This document shows positions 16,097 to 19,818 of a stretch of 19,818 nucleotides of DNA, piece by piece. Position 1 is the first letter of the stretch, and every line of letters begins with the position of its first letter. Source of the stretch: Thermoplasmata archaeon (GTDB lineage: Archaea; Thermoplasmatota; Thermoplasmata; GCA-020350865); assembly GCA_020348445.1 (NCBI GenBank), contig CP070751.1, forward strand, positions 1,165,177 through 1,184,994. Direction: 5' to 3'. The translations under genes were made by a program, and so were the position numbers. Below the pieces are notes generated by a model. That model had not been told where the DNA came from and did not search any database. It worked only from the letters and a program-made list of their open reading frames with translations.

Positions 16097-18073
16097 ATGA
16101 GAAGAATAGGCAAAATATCGAGCATATTTATGTGTCTTTTGATGATAGCCATGGTTTTTTGTGTGGCTGTGAACGTAAGTTCGGAAGAGCCAGGTGATCC
16201 TGGACATCCGGAAGTACCACTTGTACCAGATATTGGGGATGAAGATTGGCGAGTGGAAGGTACCGGTACCTATTTTGAAATCACGGATAGCGACTACCTG
16301 AACATCACAATGACCAGCAGTGAAATAGTGCATGTGTATTTGGAATCGATACCTAAGGTAATCAGTTACAGTATCGAGTCCGAATCTATGGCAACCTGCA
16401 CAGATTTGACATTCACGGGTTTTGAAGCAAGCAAAACGTACTACAGGTATCAGGATGGCTATCTGCAGGGGGAGTTCACAACTGATGAATTAGGCTCCTA
16501 TTTCTACACCCAGGATATTACAGTTCCTCACCATATTTTCATACAGGAGACAGAATCAACAATATATATCGATCCACAAGGCAATGTAGTCCCATCAACT
16601 GCACCAATTTCTAGAGCAGGGAATATCTATACCATAACAGGCAATATTTACGAATCTATTTACATCCAAAAATCAGGAATAACACTCGATGGTAGCGGCC
16701 ATTCCGTCACGGGAAGCGGTAGCGGATACGGTATCTATGGGTCCACCGTAGATAGGATCGCTATCAAGAATGTAGTAGTGAGTGGATTCACATACGGTAT
16801 CTACCTGGATCGGTCCAACAGCAACACGATAAGCGGGAACATCATCCCTGGTAACGTCTATGGTATCTACCTGGGCCAATCAGTCAGTAATACGATAAGT
16901 GGGAATACTGTCTCAGGCAACGGCTTTGGCATCCGCCTGGCTTGGAACTCCGACAGTAATACCATAAGTGGGAACACTGTCTCGGGCAATTACTGGTACG
17001 GCATCCGCTTGTATAGTAATTCTAACTACAACACCGTAAGCGGGAACACTGTCTCAGGCAACAATCAAGGTATTTTTCTGTATAGCGAAAACAACGACAA
17101 TACGATAAGCGGGAACACCATATTAGGCAACAATAAGGAAGGCATCATCCTGGGTTATAAATCCAACGGCAACGCTATAAGCGGGAACACGGTCACTAGC
17201 AGCGGCACATACGGCATCCACCTGTATGAATTTTCCAGCGACAATACCATAAGCGGGAACACCGTCTCGGGTGGTAATTATTGCATATGGCTATTTTATT
17301 CCGACGGCAACACCGTGAGCGGGAACACTGTCTCTGGCAGTAATGTGGCAGGCATCCATGTTAGTTTCAGCATCAATAACTTTGTGAGCGGGAACACTGC
17401 CACAGGTAATAGGGACGGCATCTACTTGTCTCAAAGTACCAGCAACACAGTGAGCGGCAACATAATCTCGGGTGGCAATGATTACAGCCTCTTCATACAT
17501 TTTTCCGACAGCAATACGATCACCGGGAACACAGTATCGGACAGCATCGTTTGGGCTATCTACTTACACTATTCCAACAGCAACACCATCTATCACAACA
17601 ACTTCATCAACAACGCGAACCAGCTCTATAGAATAGGGTCCCAGAACACATGGGACAACGGTGCTGGTGAAGGTAACCACTGGAGCGACTACACCGGTCT
17701 AGATGACGGAAGCAATGGAAGGGTTGCAGGTGATGGAGTCGGGGATACCGACATTCCACATCCATACCCAGGTGGTGTAGACTGGTATCCCCTGATGGAG
17801 CCTTGGATTCCCGATCCCGTGGACGCAATAGAGCGCTTGAAGCAGTATATCGAGGATCTCGACCTTGTGAACGGTCTGAAGAACTCACTTTTATCCCAGC
17901 TGGATGCAGCTGCGAACGCCCTGGCCAACGACCAATACCACACAGCGGTGAACATCCTAAACGCTTTCATCAACCATGTGGAGGCTCTAGAGAACGCGGG
18001 CAAGCTAACCGAGGAGGAAGCAAACTTCATAATTTCGAATGCTCAGAAAATTATAGCTTTGATTGAAAGCTGA
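16097..18073 (+). CDS. Secreted right-handed parallel beta-helix (NosD/PbH1-repeat) protein with C-terminal FIMAH-like helical domain
   Basis: AGGAGG at 16083-88. Signal peptide MRRIGKISSIFMCLLMIAMVFCVAVNVSS. Twelve GI.L..S..NTISGNT coils, cap IYHNNFINN...WDNG..GNHWSDYTG.D...GDGVGD, and a C-terminal SLLSQLDAA...AVNILNAFINHVEA helical bundle. Confidence 0.9.
   Translation: MRRIGKISSIFMCLLMIAMVFCVAVNVSSEEPGDPGHPEVPLVPDIGDEDWRVEGTGTYFEITDSDYLNITMTSSEIVHVYLESIPKVISYSIESESMATCTDLTFTGFEASKTYYRYQDGYLQGEFTTDELGSYFYTQDITVPHHIFIQETESTIYIDPQGNVVPSTAPISRAGNIYTITGNIYESIYIQKSGITLDGSGHSVTGSGSGYGIYGSTVDRIAIKNVVVSGFTYGIYLDRSNSNTISGNIIPGNVYGIYLGQSVSNTISGNTVSGNGFGIRLAWNSDSNTISGNTVSGNYWYGIRLYSNSNYNTVSGNTVSGNNQGIFLYSENNDNTISGNTILGNNKEGIILGYKSNGNAISGNTVTSSGTYGIHLYEFSSDNTISGNTVSGGNYCIWLFYSDGNTVSGNTVSGSNVAGIHVSFSINNFVSGNTATGNRDGIYLSQSTSNTVSGNIISGGNDYSLFIHFSDSNTITGNTVSDSIVWAIYLHYSNSNTIYHNNFINNANQLYRIGSQNTWDNGAGEGNHWSDYTGLDDGSNGRVAGDGVGDTDIPHPYPGGVDWYPLMEPWIPDPVDAIERLKQYIEDLDLVNGLKNSLLSQLDAAANALANDQYHTAVNILNAFINHVEALENAGKLTEEEANFIISNAQKIIALIES
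16795..17610 (+). repeat. Twelve 22-24 aa beta-helix coils with nucleotide-level conservation
   Basis: AG(C/T)GGGAACAC-like scaffold recurs every ~66-72 nt. Confidence 0.85.
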
Positions 18074-18170
18074 TGCCCAAGTATTCAGAATTGATGACAC
18101 GACCATAATTGGCAGAGGGAGTATCAAGGTACACAAGGGACAGAATCTAAGCCAAGATCAAACCTATTAG

Positions 18171-18205
18171 GGTAGGACAAACCTATCCTACCTCTTTCAT
18201 TTTTT
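18171..18205 (+). terminator. Hairpin plus T tract downstream of the beta-helix gene
   Basis: GGTAGGA (18171-77) and TCCTACC (18186-92) with an 8-nt loop, followed by TCTTTCATTTTTT. CAAACCTAT is directly repeated at 18159 and 18178. Confidence 0.4.
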
Positions 18206-18242
18206 ACTTATTGAGACCGTTTCATGAACTCGAACTCTATAA

Positions 18243-18440
18243 CTAAAATTTCTTAGAAGTATACTCGATCACACTCTCAAATACCGCCTTCCCATCCCCA
18301 ACCCAGTCATGCTCATTTTCCCTCATCTAATCTGGAGGGGTATACTTATAAAACACTCTTTCAGGATGCGGCATCATTCCAAAGACATTACCTGCCTCGT
18401 TGCAGATTCCTGCAATGTTATAAAGGGCGCTATTGGGGTA
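18243..18440 (-). pseudogene. purQ: Decayed 3' fragment of purQ (FGAM synthase glutaminase subunit)
   Basis: The minus frame reads [68 protein letters not shown]...[12 protein letters not shown] and GDG..FES are the PurQ C-terminal motifs. There is an internal TAG at 18329-27, another stop at 18464-62, and no 5' part. Confidence 0.88.
18258..18284 (+). repeat. 27-bp exact direct repeat, copy 1 (copy 2 at 19792-19818)
   Basis: AGTATACTCGATCACACTCTCAAATAC at both sites. ATTTTTTACTTA is also shared (18199-18210 and 19768-19779). Confidence 0.97.
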
Positions 18441-18470
18441 TTTAAGATAATTTGCCAGAAATCAAGGATA

Positions 18471-18484
18471 GTAAAATTTAAATA
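18471..18484 (+). promoter_or_regulatory. Putative BRE-TATA for the ATPase gene
   Basis: GTAAAA-TTTAAATA ending 32 nt before ATG 18517, directly abutting the palindrome pair. Confidence 0.5.
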
Positions 18485-18514
18485 TAACACAAGTGTTATG
18501 TAACACTAGTGTTA
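18485..18514. repeat. 30-bp double-palindrome site, left copy
   Basis: TAACACAAGTGTTA-TG-TAACACTAGTGTTA, ending 2 nt before the ATPase ATG. Confidence 0.92.
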
Positions 18515-18516
18515 GT

Positions 18517-19713
18517 ATGAAACCTATCAAATTTTCATTCGGACGACCTGTGTCGCCAAAGCATTTTTATGACAGAGAAGCAGAGATCAATCGAATCTTA
18601 TTAAGATTATTGACAATAAAAGAAGGAGTGAAAAACGATGTGGTCCTTATTGGCCCGCGTCGTGTAGGGAAATCATCAATATTATCCTATCTAGAATGGA
18701 AATTACTTAAAAAAGAAATATTACCTATTTGTATAGATTGTGAGGGCCTTGATCTTGTTGCCTTTCTCAAGGTCTATGGAAATGCCACTATTGAAGCCCA
18801 GATAAACTCGTTAAAATTAATGAAAAAATTCGGGGAAAGACTTAAAAAAGGATTCACAGAGGCTATAAGTGTAATGTCAGAAGCGCTCGGGCGATTAAAA
18901 GCTGTTGAAGTTGGAACTTCCTTACAAGAATATTTACGATTCAGAATAGAGTTTGACAAATCCACTTTTCATAAAGTTCTTACTAATGAGGAGATTGAAA
19001 CCCTATTTGATCGAACAATTGAACTACCAAATAAATTAGATAAAAAATGTGTAGTCATGATCGATGAGTTTCAGGATACAACAATGTACTCATTTTCTCG
19101 AGGAGATTTTCATGCTAACTTTAGAAATAAAATTAAGTACCAAAAAAATGTTGCATATATATACACTGGAAGTTCTATTGGAATGATGGATGACATTTTT
19201 GCTGATCCAAAGAATCCCTTGGCTGGAGGTGCAGAGATCATTTATGTAGAACCTTTTGACAGAAAAACGAGCATTGAATTCTTAAAAACTAGATTTAATG
19301 ACGCAGGCCGAAGAATTTCTGATAATAGCGCACAATATATTTATAATAAAGTAGGAGGATTTCCTTTATATTTGAACTGGGTGGGATTGAGAGTGTGTGA
19401 TTTTGTTAGGGAAAATAATGCTGTCAAATTAAATACCATGAAAAATGTATATAGAGAGATATTATCACCGAAAAGTCCAATCTACCATATGCTCGAAAAA
19501 CAATTGATAAAACTGGGTTATAAAACTCAAAATGTTATGACCTGTTTGGCTATGGGTTATAGAAATCCTCCCGCGATTTCAAAGGAATCAAATGTAAAAA
19601 ACATCTATGTATATCTTGATAGGCTTCAGAAGTATGGTTTAGCGATAAAAAAAGATAGCCAGTATGACCTCGTTGATCCAATTTTAAAAGAATATCTAAT
19701 TAAGTATAAATAA
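18517..19713 (+). CDS. Archaeal ATPase (COG1672/ATPase_2-like P-loop NTPase) with C-terminal winged-helix domain
   Basis: FSFGRPV...FYDREAEI, Walker A GPRRVGKSS, Walker B VMIDEFQ, YTGSS, GGFPLYL, C-terminal wHTH-like PPAISKES...VYLDRLQKYGL...Y.LVDPIL. No C-terminal nuclease domain. Start ATG 18517 is preferred over GTG 18493. Confidence 0.88.
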   Translation: MKPIKFSFGRPVSPKHFYDREAEINRILLRLLTIKEGVKNDVVLIGPRRVGKSSILSYLEWKLLKKEILPICIDCEGLDLVAFLKVYGNATIEAQINSLKLMKKFGERLKKGFTEAISVMSEALGRLKAVEVGTSLQEYLRFRIEFDKSTFHKVLTNEEIETLFDRTIELPNKLDKKCVVMIDEFQDTTMYSFSRGDFHANFRNKIKYQKNVAYIYTGSSIGMMDDIFADPKNPLAGGAEIIYVEPFDRKTSIEFLKTRFNDAGRRISDNSAQYIYNKVGGFPLYLNWVGLRVCDFVRENNAVKLNTMKNVYREILSPKSPIYHMLEKQLIKLGYKTQNVMTCLAMGYRNPPAISKESNVKNIYVYLDRLQKYGLAIKKDSQYDLVDPILKEYLIKYK

Positions 19714-19718
19714 TCTAG

Positions 19719-19748
19719 TAACATCGGTGTTATATAACACTAGTGTTA
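19719..19748. repeat. 30-bp double-palindrome site, right copy
   Basis: TAACATCGGTGTTA-TA-TAACACTAGTGTTA, starting 5 nt after the ATPase stop; 26/30 identical to the left copy, same orientation. Confidence 0.92.
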
Positions 19749-19776
19749 TTTTCATAAAAAGTTATTTATTTTTTAC

Positions 19777-19818
19777 TTAGAACTTCTTGACAGTATACTC
19801 GATCACACTCTCAAATAC
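19777..19818 (-). CDS. purQ: 3' end of a gene entering from the right, probably the functional purQ
   Basis: Minus strand reads VFESVIEYTVKKF-TAA (stop 19779-77), matching the C-terminus of the purQ remnant. Only 14 codons are visible, so intactness is unknown. Confidence 0.7.
   Translation of the reverse strand, partial: VFESVIEYTVKKF

Larger units (their letters stand above)
18441..19776. mobile_element. Putative integrated single-gene cassette at the purQ 3' end
   Basis: Bounded by two copies of the purQ 3' end, visibly AT-richer than the neighbouring genes, and carrying terminal 30-bp sites. No integrase or transposase inside, so mobility is inferred only. Confidence 0.5.

Noticed and set aside
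7591-18066. Short ORFs overlapping the housekeeping and beta-helix genes (e.g. 8005-8427, 11174-11515, 15249-15596, 15932-16333, 17689-18030)
   Set aside because: They overlap well-supported genes on the opposite strand or in another frame and show no family motifs.
16097-18284. Diversity-generating retroelement acting on the beta-helix gene
   Set aside because: No reverse transcriptase and no TR/VR pair differing at adenines; the nearby direct repeat is explained by the purQ duplication.
18327-18329. In-frame TAG as pyrrolysine or readthrough
   Set aside because: It sits where Trp is expected (TGG to TAG) in a fragment that lacks a 5' end and has another stop upstream, so it is ordinary decay.
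18309-18503. 64-aa plus-strand ORF
   Set aside because: It is the antisense of the purQ remnant plus the ATPase promoter.
18485-19748. 30-bp repeats as a CRISPR array
   Set aside because: Only two copies, 1.2 kb apart with a gene between them; no spacers and no cas genes.
19719-19748. Canonical integron attC or Xer dif site
   Set aside because: Too short for attC, without proper RYYYAAC/GTTRRRY ends or extrahelical bases. It also lacks the dif TAA-N6-TTA core (here TAA-N8-TTA). Kept only as a possible novel site type.

Overview
Archaeal DNA, most plausibly Thermoplasmatota (inferred from BRE/TATA promoters, GGTGA/GGAGG ribosome-binding sites and gene content; not verified by search). The left 7.2 kb is one giant minus-strand ORF missing from the ORF track because it has no stop inside the window (>=2405 aa). 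It has a signal peptide, a 7-blade FG-GAP (integrin-alpha-like) propeller split by a nested ~530-aa insert, Ig/cadherin-like stalk repeats, one TM helix, a cytoplasmic longin/roadblock-like domain and a poly-D/E tail. The middle is housekeeping: 5-formyl-THF cyclo-ligase-like protein, ABC-2 exporter, GT4 glycosyltransferase, ADP-forming acyl-CoA synthetase alpha subunit, dCMP deaminase, PLP aminotransferase and purC, followed by a secreted beta-helix protein. The right end is the most unusual part. An AT-rich ATPase-wHTH gene is tightly bracketed by two direct copies of a 30-bp double-palindrome site. This unit sits between the 3' end of a gene leaving the window (probably purQ) and a decayed second copy of the same purQ 3' end, so it looks like an integrated, possibly excisable, gene cassette with no integrase of its own. 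A ~92-nt hairpin lies just upstream of purC. No rRNA, tRNA or CRISPR array was seen.
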